The position numbers and the translations under genes are program-made. From the NCBI GenBank assembly GCA_012295275.1, contig CM022679.1:22010001-22074000 (forward strand): a stretch of DNA of 64,000 nt, written 5' to 3'. Below are positions 1-12,177 of this stretch, piece after piece (position 1 is the stretch's first letter; every line of letters starts with the position of its first letter). The notes below the pieces were generated by a model that worked only from the letters and a program-made list of their open reading frames with translations, did not search any database and was not told the DNA's origin. This stretch comes from Chrysomallon squamiferum (Eukaryota > Animalia > Mollusca).

Positions 1-260
1 GAGAGAGAGGGAGATTTTAATGGCTGTAAAGGCACATACTTTGCCTTTATTACATCTAAAACGGAATACTGTCTGGAATGGACTTGACTAGTAGTAGCAG
101 TAGCAACAGCAGCAATAACAGATGTTGTAGGTAGCAACTGTGATACTAATGTGGTAGTAGTACTAAAAGTAGTAGTAGTAGTAGTAGCGATAGCAAACCT
201 GAGAATTTGTAAGACTAATTTCATTGTTGTGAGTGAAAACTGTAAAATTACTCGTAAACG

Positions 261-905
261 AACAAAGCTGATTAAAGACAACAACTGACGAAGACAAGTG
301 CATTTGTGTGTTAATAAGCAAAATGGGAGTGGCTCCGCCGCATCAAACGGTTTGAACTGGGAGGACCTGGTGACTTCTCGGTTACCTCCCTTGCAGTGTC
401 CAGTCTTTGATCTCGCTTGAAAGAAACCAGGAAATTGATGTTAATCTCCAACAACCCAGAAGTGATAAAAACATCCGATTAAGCTTCTTAAACGGCCCAG
501 TAAGAGAAGAAACCCAAAGAAAACGTGGGGGGCTAGTGGTGGTGGTGGGGGGGGAAGGATGATTGGTTTCAGTGAAATTGTCTTTGACCACTTTGTACTG
601 GTCCTTTGATGAACATGGTCCTCTTACATCCCCACTTCCCTCGCACATGTTGCTGATGGAGGCTGGCCACAAAGGGTTCTCTGGCCAAAGCCTCTCATCT
701 CTCTGGCTATTAGTGAAAGTCAGAATGTTCCCACTGCTTTGTGGATTAGTCAGAATAGAAGGGTTCACCTAGAGGCTTGTTAATGCATGTTGTTTAATGG
801 GTGAGAAGGTGATTTATTATTTTTATTTACTTCTTTTTTTTTTTTCAAACTAAAAGTATTTTGTTTAGATTTTTGGGGAGTTTTGTACGATTAGAAAGCT
901 TTGTT
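261..905. promoter_or_regulatory. TCF/LEF motif cluster in an Axin intron
   Basis: CTTTGWW matches at 261 (reverse), 405, 591, 604 and 899, plus CCGCCGC-ATCAAAC at 335-348. Confidence 0.45.
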
Positions 906-1263
906 TGTTGAGCATTGTTTTTCTTTCTTTCTTTTCTTTTTTTTCTGTGATAATAATTAATTTGTTGCACTGCTGTTGCTTGTATTTCATAATGTATAAA
1001 TATAAGCTTATATTCTGAAATAAGAGCTATGTAATAAACTGTAGAAATGATTCCATTGCCACTGTCACTACTACAATCACTTTTAGCACCATTACAACTG
1101 CAGCACTGCCACTAATATACTACTACTACTACTACTACTACCACTACCACTACCACTACCATTAGCACTAGCACTGCAGACACTACTACTATTACTGCTA
1201 CTACTCTGCTATTACTGTGATCGCCGTCATCATAAACTGTATGGTTGTATTTGTTTTTAACAG

Positions 1264-1410
1264 AGGACGGAAAGAGCGCCAAAGGATCGTAACATTGCGG
1301 AGACAGATCCAAAGCTCTTTGCCAGTATGCTGATAGAAAAACTGGAGAGAGTGAAAGAAAAGAATGAAGCTGGAGCAAAAATGGAAGAAAAACTTCGATC
1401 CCTGAATGAA
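1264..1410 (+). CDS. axin: Axin internal exon, GSK3-binding helix (upstream RGS exons lie outside the window)
   Basis: ttttaacag| ... |gtatgt; 147 nt, phase 0-0; RTERAPKDRNIAETDPKLFASMLIEKLERVKEK resembles the Axin GSK3-binding segment. Confidence 0.9.
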
Positions 1411-1910
1411 GTATGTATTTAGAATGAGAAAAGGTTCTAACGCTGAACAAAATATGTTTATGAGAAAACCCCCCAAAAAACTGTTTTGGAAGTATTTATA
1501 AGAAAGCTGGTCTTAAATTGCCATCTTTGTTCATTCGTTTAAACTGTGTAAATACATACTGTATTTTATCTGAGTTTTTCTTTCATCTGTTATCAATTAC
1601 AAAGTTGTGTTAAGAAGATAAAGAAATTTCTGAAGACCATCTGTCTTTATTTTTTGTTGAATATTGTTGTTGTTTATTTGATATTTTTGTTTACCATTAA
1701 TGAAATTTCTTTCATGACTGTTTTTAAACGAAAGTGTTTATGTGTATACATAAACAGCTTCTTTTTAAAATAAAAACCAACATTGTACTCAAGAAGATTA
1801 TCTCATCTTTTTAAGCCTGTTACTTCTAAACATAGAAATACATAGATTTTACTTTTTTGGGTTGTTTTTTTAATCTCATTTCTAATAAAATAATGTTTCT
1901 GATGTTTCAG

Positions 1911-2578
1911 AGTGAGTGCACAGACGAAAACGTGACGATGTCAGCATCGTTTTCACACAAGAACACGACCGCAACATCGATCATGCCCATAATGTCGACA
2001 TCGGCGATGGAGGAGGAAACGGCCGAGAGCATTCTGGACCAGCACTGTTCGCGCATCTGGGCAAACTCGAACCACCACACGCCCAGTCGGTCGCCGGGAC
2101 GACACTCACCACGGAGCAAGTCTCCGGACCGGCTGTGTCGCAAGCTGCAGTCGCAGACGCTGCCCGTTGCTCCGTCCGTCTTACCGTCGCGGCGCAAGCG
2201 AGTCAGCAACAAAGACTTTGTCTCCTCCCTGTCCTGCGATAGCGGGGTGGGCGAGGACAAGTGCGAAATGGAGACCCACCGCCACATCCACCACCACCAC
2301 CACCACCACCACCCCTCGGGCATCCGCACACAGCAGCAGATCGAGATCGAGGCTCAGACCCTGACGATGGGATTCTGGGACCCTGCGCCCGGAGCCTCAA
2401 CCTCGCGGAGTTTCTCCGAGTCGTTCAGTGCCGGGGACCGTGGAAGGACTAGCAAAAAGACGTCTGGCCGCAAGGGCTCGGATGCCAGTAGTTATTTGGA
2501 CAGTGGTATTAGCAGTGTTGTTCTGGACAAGGAGGCGATACCTCGCATGCCCAACTGGAACGATCCTGCCAGCGAGAA
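1911..2578 (+). CDS. axin: Axin exon with beta-catenin-binding motif and poly-His tract
   Basis: tttcag| ... |gtgagt; EEETAESILDQHCSRIW matches the Axin ESILDxH motif; HRHIHHHHHHHH; phase 0-2. Confidence 0.93.
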
Positions 2579-3342
2579 GTGAGTATATAGTCCAACAGTT
2601 GTGTGTGCAGTGCAGTGCAGTACCAAGCTTGTATTACACACCCATTCATAAATATTTTTTTTTTTAAATGGTGTTTGAATGGATGCCGTGAATATTTACG
2701 TAATTTGAAACCTTTTTGAAAAACAAATTATGTTTACAAAAATTATAATGTATGAGTGTGAATGCTTCTGTGATGTGTGAATATGTGTGATATTAGTATT
2801 TATTGACGTTGGTTTAGCAGAAGTGTAAACAGAATTTATAAAACACCCTTTTAGCTTGAAATATGAGAAGTGGGTTTGTGGCTGAAGATTTGATGATGAA
2901 TGGTTTCCTCTTTTGTGAATTAGTTACTGAAAGTTTAAAATTGTTGGTTGTCATATTGAAATATGAAGAATTATATTAATTATTAATTAGTTAATTAGTT
3001 TATTTTATAGACGTTAAAAAAGAAAAAGCTGAACAGTTAAAAACATATTTATGGTTGACGAAATTAAATAAATTCATCAGGTCTGGATTGTATTTAATTT
3101 TCGTGCTTCGTATCTTATTATTAGCTTTTTTATTTCCATAAAAAAATACTTACGTCATTAATGTGATGAAAAAGTAAGATTATTACTATTATTAAAAAGA
3201 TTTTATTTACTAATTATCATTAACGATTTCTTTCTGAACTTTTTTTTCTAACTGTCATTTTATTAACATTAAACTTGCACAAAGCTCCCGCAAAACATAA
3301 CCTTCCGTTAATTGCATTATAATTCAGTCATTGAAGCCTCTT

Positions 3343-3683
3343 ATCAAACATCTTGATGGTGCAATAAAACAAATTATCACCATAATTACCACATTAGAAC
3401 TGGTGTGCGTCAAAGCTTGTTTGGTTCACAACAAAAAAAACACTCAGCTCTTTGATCACTGGAGCTGATTAACTACTTAACTTTTGAAATCATCAACAAA
3501 TAGTTTTAATGTGTTTTACATACATTTAAAAAAAAAAAAAAAACAGCTTTAATAAAAATCTATGCATATAAGTGTACATGTGTGCACATGCAGTGCATGT
3601 AATTAACAGGAGAACGATATCTTTGATGTTATTTGATCTTCCCGATATAAAACAAAAATGGGAAGTCTTTGAAAAAGGCGAGG

Positions 3684-3724
<41 letters not shown>

Positions 3725-4071
3725 TCACCAGTCAAATGGGCCGTGCAGTAATCTTAATAATGGAAAAAACATCAAGAAATAAGATAGAGGCTCAATTAAG
3801 CTAACACTAGCAACACTAGAGCTGGAACAATAGGCGCATAAAATAACTTCCCTTTGTCATGTAAAGCTCGATTGTAATCCGTGATTAATAGTTTTAGTTC
3901 ACACATCAAAGAGCTGGCTGTCGCTTTGATGTTCGGAAGCGTGTATGAATCAGAGAAAGAGAAGACTGGAGAATATCTAAGTAGAGAATAATAATAATAA
4001 AAAATAGTGTTTGTAAAACTAGCAAGGTTGAATGACGTAGAGTGCAGATAAGTGGACCGAGTTGTTTGATG
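3343..4071. promoter_or_regulatory. TCF/LEF motif cluster (candidate Wnt-response enhancer) in an Axin intron
   Basis: CTTTGAT at 3450, 3621 and 3924; ATCAAAG at 3905; CTTTGAA at 3667; variants at 3343, 3409 and 4064. Confidence 0.55.
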
Positions 4072-4974
4072 TTGCTGTGGTCGTTGTGGCAGTGGTAGGA
4101 AATACGGAAATGAATTGATAGGATAATGAAAGGTTATGATGTAATTGGGAGGCGAGAGTTGTTAGGATTTTTGTGGTCTGGCTTGTTGATAAAATCTGTT
4201 TAGTTTTATTTCTATTCTGTTTATTTTATTTTATTTTTATTTATTTATTTTTTTATTTATTTTATATTATTTTATTGTATTTATTTGTTCTTTTTGATTG
4301 TTTATTATATTTTATATTTATTTTATTATTTTAATTTACATTATTTTTTATTATTTTTTTATTGTTATTTATTTTATTTTATTTATTTATTTATTTATTT
4401 ATTTATTTTTTATTTTATTTTTTTATTTGTTAATTTTTTTAGTATATTTTATTTATTAATACATTCTTGAAAAATATTGTCTACAAGATGACTTGTCGTC
4501 TTTAAGTTTATCCTTTAATCTGAATTACGTCAAAGCATCTTTCTTTAGGTCATTGTTAAGTTTAAAAATTAGCTTGTAGAATGACTGACTGAATGAATAA
4601 TTGTATATTACAATATTAAATTTAATGGTTGTTAGATGTCTCTGTATAACAGAGATATAAAATAGTGCCAATGTGGATTACTGTTTTTATTCAGTAGTAA
4701 CACAAGATCTTTTTATATTCATTTTCTTCTCATATAAATTGAGAAATACTTAATAGGCTCTCGGTCATTTGGAATGGGTATAATAAGATATAAAAGTGAT
4801 AACAGAACAATGTTTTATTACTGAGATTTGATACAACTCTTCACAGGTATACACTGAATTTCTCCTTCATTCTGTTTCTCTTTTATAGCTTTTAAAAAAA
4901 TAAATACACAGGCCATCACAGCTATAACTTAACACTGATATTTCTAAAAATGCAGGAAAATCCCATTATGCAGG

Positions 4975-5140
4975 CATATATATATGCCTGTTGAGTAAAA
5001 CAAGGCTTGCCAAAATTGGCAAATACAGACGTACGAGTTTAAACCAAGAGATAAACGCCATGTTGTAACACCTCCAGACTTCGGATCTGAGCCAAACATC
5101 CAATCTCATGACGAATGTCTTGACCACTAGACCACCTACG
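4975..5140 (-). mobile_element. Degenerate tRNA-derived SINE fragment
   Basis: Minus strand begins GGTGGTCTAGTGGTCAAGACATTCG (Pol III A-box, tRNA-like head), followed by a degenerate B-box (GCTCAGATCC); the 3' boundary is approximate. Confidence 0.5.
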
Positions 5141-6096
5141 ATGTAGCAATTATCCAATTTCAGTGCTGCCGGTTTTCTCCTTCCTGTGTAAAGTCCACGA
5201 GATACATCTACATACCACTGTCAGTAACTCTATTCTGAAATATAAGGTGTCTCGTATAATTGTCCGACTGTTTGTTCGGCTGTAACTCATCTGTCCGTAT
5301 CATGTCGTTATTGTTGAGATTACGTTGTCAGGGAATGTGAGAAATTAAGTGACCACCTAGGGAAATATTTCAATGCAAGAGAATGAATGTTTAAAATAAA
5401 TGGAAATACTTAGTGTCTAGACTGTATATAAATTTTGTTTCAGTTATATAAATTGGTCCGATAAAATTAATTTGCAGTTAAGATAATTTAATATCAGGTG
5501 TCTAATATGTAGAAGAAAAAAAAATCACATCAAAAAAAGCTAAATCTGAACATTCATTATTTTTTTTTTTTTTTTTTTTTATTGTTTATTTCAGCAAAAG
5601 AATGTTTTAAAATATTTATATTTGAGTCATAAATATAACAAAAATATACAGGCACAAATTAGATTTTTTTTTGTCCCAGTATGTCAAGTATGAAAGTAAA
5701 TAACAGATTTTAAAATAACACCAGTAATATATGCAGGCTCAGAATAACATTCTCTGTCAGTGTGCTTTACATAGATAAACATTCAGAAATATACATAACC
5801 CCACAGCTATTTATGTTAATAATGTTAAGTTTTGTATGTTTGTTGGTTCTTGTTATCTGTTTTTGTCACTATGATAATTATTGCAATTACCATCATCATC
5901 ATCATCATCATCAGTATCATTATTCAAGAAGTACATTTACAAGTTCATTAATATTATTTTCTATCTCGTATGTTTTTTTTTTTTTATTATTCATGTATAG
6001 AAACACAAACACACATACACAGATGTTTGTTTGTTTATTTTTCTGCACTGTTTGTTGTTAGACATTTTCTAACTGGTTGTGTCCACGTTGTTTCAG

Positions 6097-6273
6097 AGTC
6101 ATGCAGTGGATGATGGACAGTGAGCGTGTGCAGGACGTCAGCGCCACGTACGCAGACTCCTCGGAGAAGAGTTCCACCCTGGAGAAGAGTTCCACCCTGA
6201 GTGGGTCAGTCACACCAGAGAAAAACAGGCTGAGTGGGTCAGTGGGACCCACGCTGCAGGCACATAAACAGAG
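6097..6273 (+). CDS. axin: Axin exon (KVMQWMMDSE)
   Basis: tttcag| ... |gtagac; phase 2-2 joins in frame; KxxQW motif conserved in Axins. Confidence 0.85.
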
Positions 6274-6296
6274 GTAGACTCCTTCATATTAGCACT

Positions 6297-6351
<55 letters not shown>

Positions 6352-6402
6352 ACCTTTCATTAGTAATTTGAAGGTATATTTCTAACAAAACCTTTACATC
6401 AG

Positions 6403-6499
<97 letters not shown>

Positions 6500-6737
6500 C
6501 ACATGGTTACTGGTTTACAATAGTTTAATTTCAAATCTTGGTGACGGTACAAAATAATACTGTTGTTAATATTATTAAAATTGTCTGTAGGCCTATAAGT
6601 AATCTTTCAGATATTTTTCTTTTGCATAAGTATAACAATTTTTTTAAATATTTGTAATCTTTTTGGTTATTTTATAATTATATTTTAACATTTACAATAT
6701 TTTTGGTATTTTTAGTAACTTTGCTATTTTGTTTCAG

Positions 6738-6983
6738 TTCCAAGAAAACGGGTGCTTTTACTACTAGTCGACCCACCTCGGTGGAGCGGGCGGGTATTAT
6801 GCCCTTCCAGCCGATGGGTGCCAGTCAGATTCAGCCCACTCAGCCATTTGCACAGGACCCCTCCATGCCACTCCCACCTCCGCCTAACCCCATTACTCAG
6901 ATAGAAGAGGCAAGAAGAAGAGTTGCTAATATGGCAGACGAATCGAGAACATCTTCAGTTATTCCTGGGCCTGTTAAATCAAA
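6738..6983 (+). CDS. axin: Axin exon (QPFAQDPSMPLPPPPNPITQIEEARRR)
   Basis: gtttcag| ... |gtatgc; conserved Axin QDPxMP...QLEEAxRR motif; phase 2-2. Confidence 0.9.
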
Positions 6984-7317
6984 GTATGCACACAAAAAAA
7001 TAAATATTTTTATTTTTATTTTTATATATACTGTTTTTGTGCTTATCTTTTAGACAAGCTTATGCATAGAACAGCAGGTTTCAATTTATTATTATTGTTG
7101 TTGTTGTTGTTGTTATTGTTACTATTATTACAATTATTTTGCTTTCACATAATGTTTTTCTTTCCTTTTATGTTACAAAGAATTTTTTAACTTTACATTT
7201 ATTTGTTGTTTGTTTCTTGTTTTCTCTTTTATTTTGCCTGTGTTTGTATATGAGTGTCTGTGTGAGTAAATATGTTTTCTTTCTTCATTCTTTCACTCTT
7301 CTTTTTTTTCTTGTTTA

Positions 7318-7361
<44 letters not shown>

Positions 7362-7450
7362 TTTATTATTTTTTGTATTTGTTTTTTTGTTTGACATATT
7401 CTTGTCTCTAGACAAACATTGTTTAATAACACATTATGTTGTGGTTGCAG

Positions 7451-7588
7451 ATCATTTGCTGGTGTTCCAAGTCGAGAGAAGAGTAAAACAGTGTTGACGA
7501 TGTTGAGTACATCACAGATGCGTACGATGCCCTCTGCACGAACTATACCCAGTGACCTTGACATGTCAGCAGGAAGCCAAACTTTCGA
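7451..7588 (+). CDS. axin: Axin exon (Ser/Thr-rich linker)
   Basis: ttgcag| ... |gtgagt; 138 nt, open, phase 2-2, compatible with its neighbours. Confidence 0.75.
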
Positions 7589-8066
7589 GTGAGTTCATTT
7601 GACTTAAATTTAACTTTAAAATGAGACTTCTTCCTTTTTTAAAAAAATAAATAAATAAATAAAGCTATGAGAGATACATTTTTACTATTTTATTAATCTA
7701 AAAAGTTAAAAATTTATATGTATAACTTTATAATTTTTAAAGATCTATTTTGTTAAAAATATTAAATTTATGATGCTGTTCAGCCATCCATTATTACTGC
7801 ACTGTCTAAGGGATATAACTGAATTTTTATTTAAGCACACAATAATTTATAGTAATAATTATTACTTTTTATTTTTGATAAAGACTAGTTAAGTTAGTTG
7901 ATGAATCACCAATTTAAAAAAAAAATTATTTATGAAATCTTAATTGTGATTTTCTTAGCCACATGCTATATCTTCATGAATAATAAAACTTACCTGTATT
8001 ATAGTTAAATAAAACTTTTCTTCATTCCTTCCTTAACTGAGTTTTTTATTTATTATATTTTATCAG

Positions 8067-8282
8067 TCGGTCCAAGGTTGCTAAGAAACCATCAACAGGA
8101 GGCGCCTCAAACAACTCCTCCATGAACACAACGGGGTCATCCTCGGCAGCCAACGACAGCAACCACACCATCGTTGGCATCTACTTCGGACAAGAACCAA
8201 TCCCCTATCGCCACATCATTCCTGGAAGGACTGTCACGCTCGGCATGTTCAAAACGCTAATTACCAAAAAAGGAAGCCTAAA
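8067..8282 (+). CDS. axin: Axin exon, first half of the DIX domain
   Basis: tatcag| ... |gtgagt; [37 protein letters not shown]. Confidence 0.93.
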
Positions 8283-8810
8283 GTGAGTTGGTTTATATTT
8301 ATTATTTAGGTTGATGGTGACTAGAAAAAATATCACAGGTTGAATTTTTTTTATAATGAAAGGGATAACAAGGAGTCTAAAAGAAATGAAATTAATTATA
8401 ACCTTACAAAAAAAATACTTAACACTATATATATACATATATAATATACTTCAATTAAAAATAATATTAACCTCGTTATTTCCAAAATCAGCTATTGCTA
8501 TTTGATGGTAAACATTAGAGCTTATGGTATAAATAGACAAAAATTCATGTAAAATACTGGAGTTAAGAAAACAATTCAATGTATTATGACTGTCAGAAAT
8601 TACAATGAGTACAGCTGAACTCAGAACTGTGAGTACTGTATTGGTAATGAAAGAGATTAGAGGAGGTTAAACTAGAAATTAAAATAAATTCTGTATCATT
8701 TGATTATCAGGTAAATGTAAAATATTTTCAAAAAACAAAACAAACAATACATTTTTTTTTTCTACCTGTAAGTGATTAACGCAAACATTAACATCATTTT
8801 CTTTCTTCAG

Positions 8811-8937
8811 ATACTTCTTCAAACGTGACAGCGATGAATTTGGTGAGGGTGCCGTGTTTGAAGAGATAACCGACGACAACGCTGTGCTGCCGATGTGGCA
8901 AGACAAGATAGTTGCCAAAGTGGAGAAATTAGACTGA
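8811..8937 (+). CDS. axin: Axin last coding exon, DIX C-terminus
   Basis: cttcag|; KYFFKRDSDEFGEGAVFEEITDDNAVLPMWQDKIVAKVEKLD* (TGA 8935-8937). Confidence 0.95.
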
Positions 8938-11900
8938 ACGTTCGTTCCACTGGTCATTCTTTTTCTTCTTTCGATTCATCAACAAAATTGGTCAGATAAC
9001 ATCATCCTGTGCATCAACAAGCATGCATCTTAGTTATGAGCCCAGTCTCGAATTTGATCCGATTTCAAGGTTGTGTGCGATACTTTGAAGAGGAACAAGT
9101 GTTGTACCCAGTGAGAATCTCTCTCTCTGGTACTTGACCTGTGTGCCTGGACCATGCTGTGAATTAATTTACTGAAGGGTTAGGATGTACTGGGTAATGG
9201 AATAAAATATTTTCGACTGTTTCTGGATGCATCATTTCCGAACAAGAATAGAAACGAGAATAATGGCTAGTAGTTTACCTCCATAAATGCCATACAGATG
9301 ATAGGGCCGGCCCAAACTGAAATTCAGTGACGGGTCTATAATCAACCAGAAATTTAATGCGGTAGCAGGAATGTCCCAAACTAAAATTCAATGATGGGTT
9401 ATTCCCAGACTGAAATGCTGTGCACCGATGGGATTACAGAAAAGGTTGTGACAGTGAAATGTTAGTTATGGTGATGTTGTTGTGGTTGCTGCTGATGCTA
9501 CAACTGCTGTTTATATTATTCAGTGAATGAGCTGATCATGACAAAAAACAAACAAAAGAGAAGAGATTTTTAAATGTTGTGTTACTGTTTTTTAAAAAAA
9601 TGGACCATTACTTGTGCCAGGAACAGATAATTGACATTAAAAGAGTTTTAAATTAAAAAAATAAAGTGTTCACAACATAAAATGGAATTTTTATCAGCTG
9701 TATCCACTTTGTAGTCTTATCAGACTTTTTAATATATGTTGTGCAGACATTTTTATTGTTGAGCATTGACATTTGACATTGACATTGGATTATTTACAAA
9801 CATGTATGTCTGTGTGTGTATATGTGTATATATATGTGTTTATGTGATTACATACATACACAAAATGCATACATATACCTACATACATACACATTCACAT
9901 GTAAAAAGATATATATATACTCATACATGTGTATGTATGTATGTCTGTATATATAAATAATATGGACATCTAATGAATATTCATAAGGGTGCTGATCTTT
10001 GTGTTTCAAAAGAACAAAATAGTCGAGAAAAAAAAAGACAGAGAAAAAAAAAAGGAGAAGATTTTTAAGTGGAGAGTGTGGTTGTGTACAGACTGTGTAT
10101 ATAGTTATTGATAAAACATGTTTATTTGCCTCAGGGGGAGTCACTGGATGTTTCGTTCAGTTGACTGTTTCATCATTTATTTCATTTTCTCAGAATTTTC
10201 TGGGTTTTACAATTTTTTTTAAAATGTTTTTATTTTTTTTTTTTTTTTTTTTTTTTATATATATAAAGAAAAACATTTCATCCCTAGCATCAGTTTGACA
10301 GCTTTGGAAAGAAAAATAATTGAAAAACAATTTTGTTTTTAATGATTTTATTTATTTTGTCTTTTTAATCTTTGTTTTTAAGAACTTTTTCTAGTCTCTG
10401 TTAATGGTTTTAAATTGCAGTTGGTTGTTTTTAATTGATTATTTTTTTTTTTTTTTCATAATAAAAAGGTATAATTTTTGTAATCAAATAATAAGGTATA
10501 ATTTTTGTAATCAAATAATAAGATAAATGTATTTGTTACATTTCATATTTGTGATTCAAAAACATGATAAATGAAACTGAAAAGCTTAAATTTTGGCAAG
10601 TAACAGTCACAGTGACTGTAATGTAGGCAATTTAGATGAAATGATTAATTATGATGAAAATCATTTTCTTATTTTACAATTTTAACAAAAGATTATTTTT
10701 ACCATTATTAATATATCTTATAATGTTTTATAAGTAACAAGAAATGTATTTTATTATCCCACATAGTAAGTTAAGAATAAACAGTAATGATGATTCTTTT
10801 GTTTTTCATTTTTATTTTTATTTCTCTATTTCTTTATTCGTTGGTTTGTTTTATATACCAAAAGAGATAATTATTATTTTCGTAAGTATCAAAGCTGTTA
10901 AATGCTTGGGAACAAGTATCTCATTTTCATTGATGTATATGGCAGTTGAATGAGTTGTTATGGCAACATGACAGGGTAACTGCCAAGCATCTTCATTCAG
11001 GTGAACATATCAGATAGTCACAATTATTTTTATTATTATTTTTAAACAAATTTTTTTTTTTTTTTTTTTTTGCCTCCTCAAAGTCTGAGGACCCAGAAAT
11101 GTATAAAACATTTTATGTTAAATTTTAATTTAAAAAGTTAGTTGGTTCACATTAAAATTTAATTTCCAAGGTTGACATGAAAGATTTTTTTTTTTTTTTT
11201 TTAAATCACTTTTAATAAGCATTTTGTTCCGGTTTTTTTTTTTTTTGGTAAATTTAAAACAAAGTTAATCTCTCATGTTATATTTTTGCCTTTATTTTTT
11301 AAATTATTTTAATTCTCACATAGGTAATGTGAAATTTTTCTGTAACATTTGGAGTTTAAACAGCGTACAAAGTACAAACAGAAATTTTTGGTATACATTT
11401 ATATAAGGATATTTGTTTACAATTTCTGATAGCTTAACATGGGTTAATTTTTCTTTTCTTTTTTTGGGGGTAAATGAAAATAATAATTTTATCAATGAAA
11501 TTCTTTTAAAACTTAGCAGGGTTTTTTTTTTTAAATATGCTATATTTTTAAACTAGTATTATCACTTATTTAATTTACATATTTCAGAATATTAACAAAT
11601 ATTTCTTGGTCCTCAGAATTTCAGTTCTCCCTTCATTATGACAAAAACATCTGTAATAGATTACTGGTATGATATCTGACATAGCAAATGCACATTATTA
11701 GTAAATCAAATATCTAGTAAAAGATACATTGAGATATTTCATAATATTTTTTATTATCATTTTTAAATTAAATTTATCATTTGGAATGCATATCCTGTAA
11801 AATATTAACTTTTTTTTATAACTTTAAAACACAAAAAAATACCCACACACCACCCGAAAAAAACAAACAAAAAAAACAAGCACCAGAATAACATAAATAT

Positions 11901-12171
11901 TTTTAAAATTTGATAATCTACATTATTAACTTTGTAAGAACGCAAGTAAAATATGATAATGTGCATTTGTTAAGTCAGATGCAGTGTTCCTGGGAGGATG
12001 GGTGGGTAGACGGGTGAAACATCATCAAATAGTTGTTCATTATGTTTGTACATCAAATAAGAACCTTTTTTTTTTTAATGTTTTTTTTTTTTTTTTGTGT
12101 TGAGCACGTTTTAATATGATATTGTGCAGAGAAGATTCTGTTAAAAATGTCAGGACTCTTCTCAGCCTCCA

Positions 12172-12177
12172 AATAAA
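12172..12177 (+). terminator. Candidate distal Axin poly(A) signal
   Basis: AATAAA followed about 20 nt later by GT/T-rich cttgtgtttcttttctgttgtt; other AATAAA hexamers exist upstream. Confidence 0.35.

Noticed and set aside
382-772. ORFs 382..768 (-) and 563..772 (+)
   Set aside because: No recognisable domain and no splice-compatible fit to Axin; better explained as an intronic island
1907-2667. Overlapping alternative-frame and antisense ORFs over the large Axin exon (likewise over PP2D1 exon 2 and Atoh8)
   Set aside because: Shadow ORFs of GC-rich coding sequence
3903-3932. Hairpin with partial resemblance to miR-2 (catcaaag-agctggctgt)
   Set aside because: The 9-bp stem is too short for a pre-miRNA and the mature sequence does not match; paired TCF sites explain it
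9300-9425. Degenerate cccaaactgaaattca repeats in the Axin 3' region
   Set aside because: Three or four irregular decayed copies with no interpretable structure
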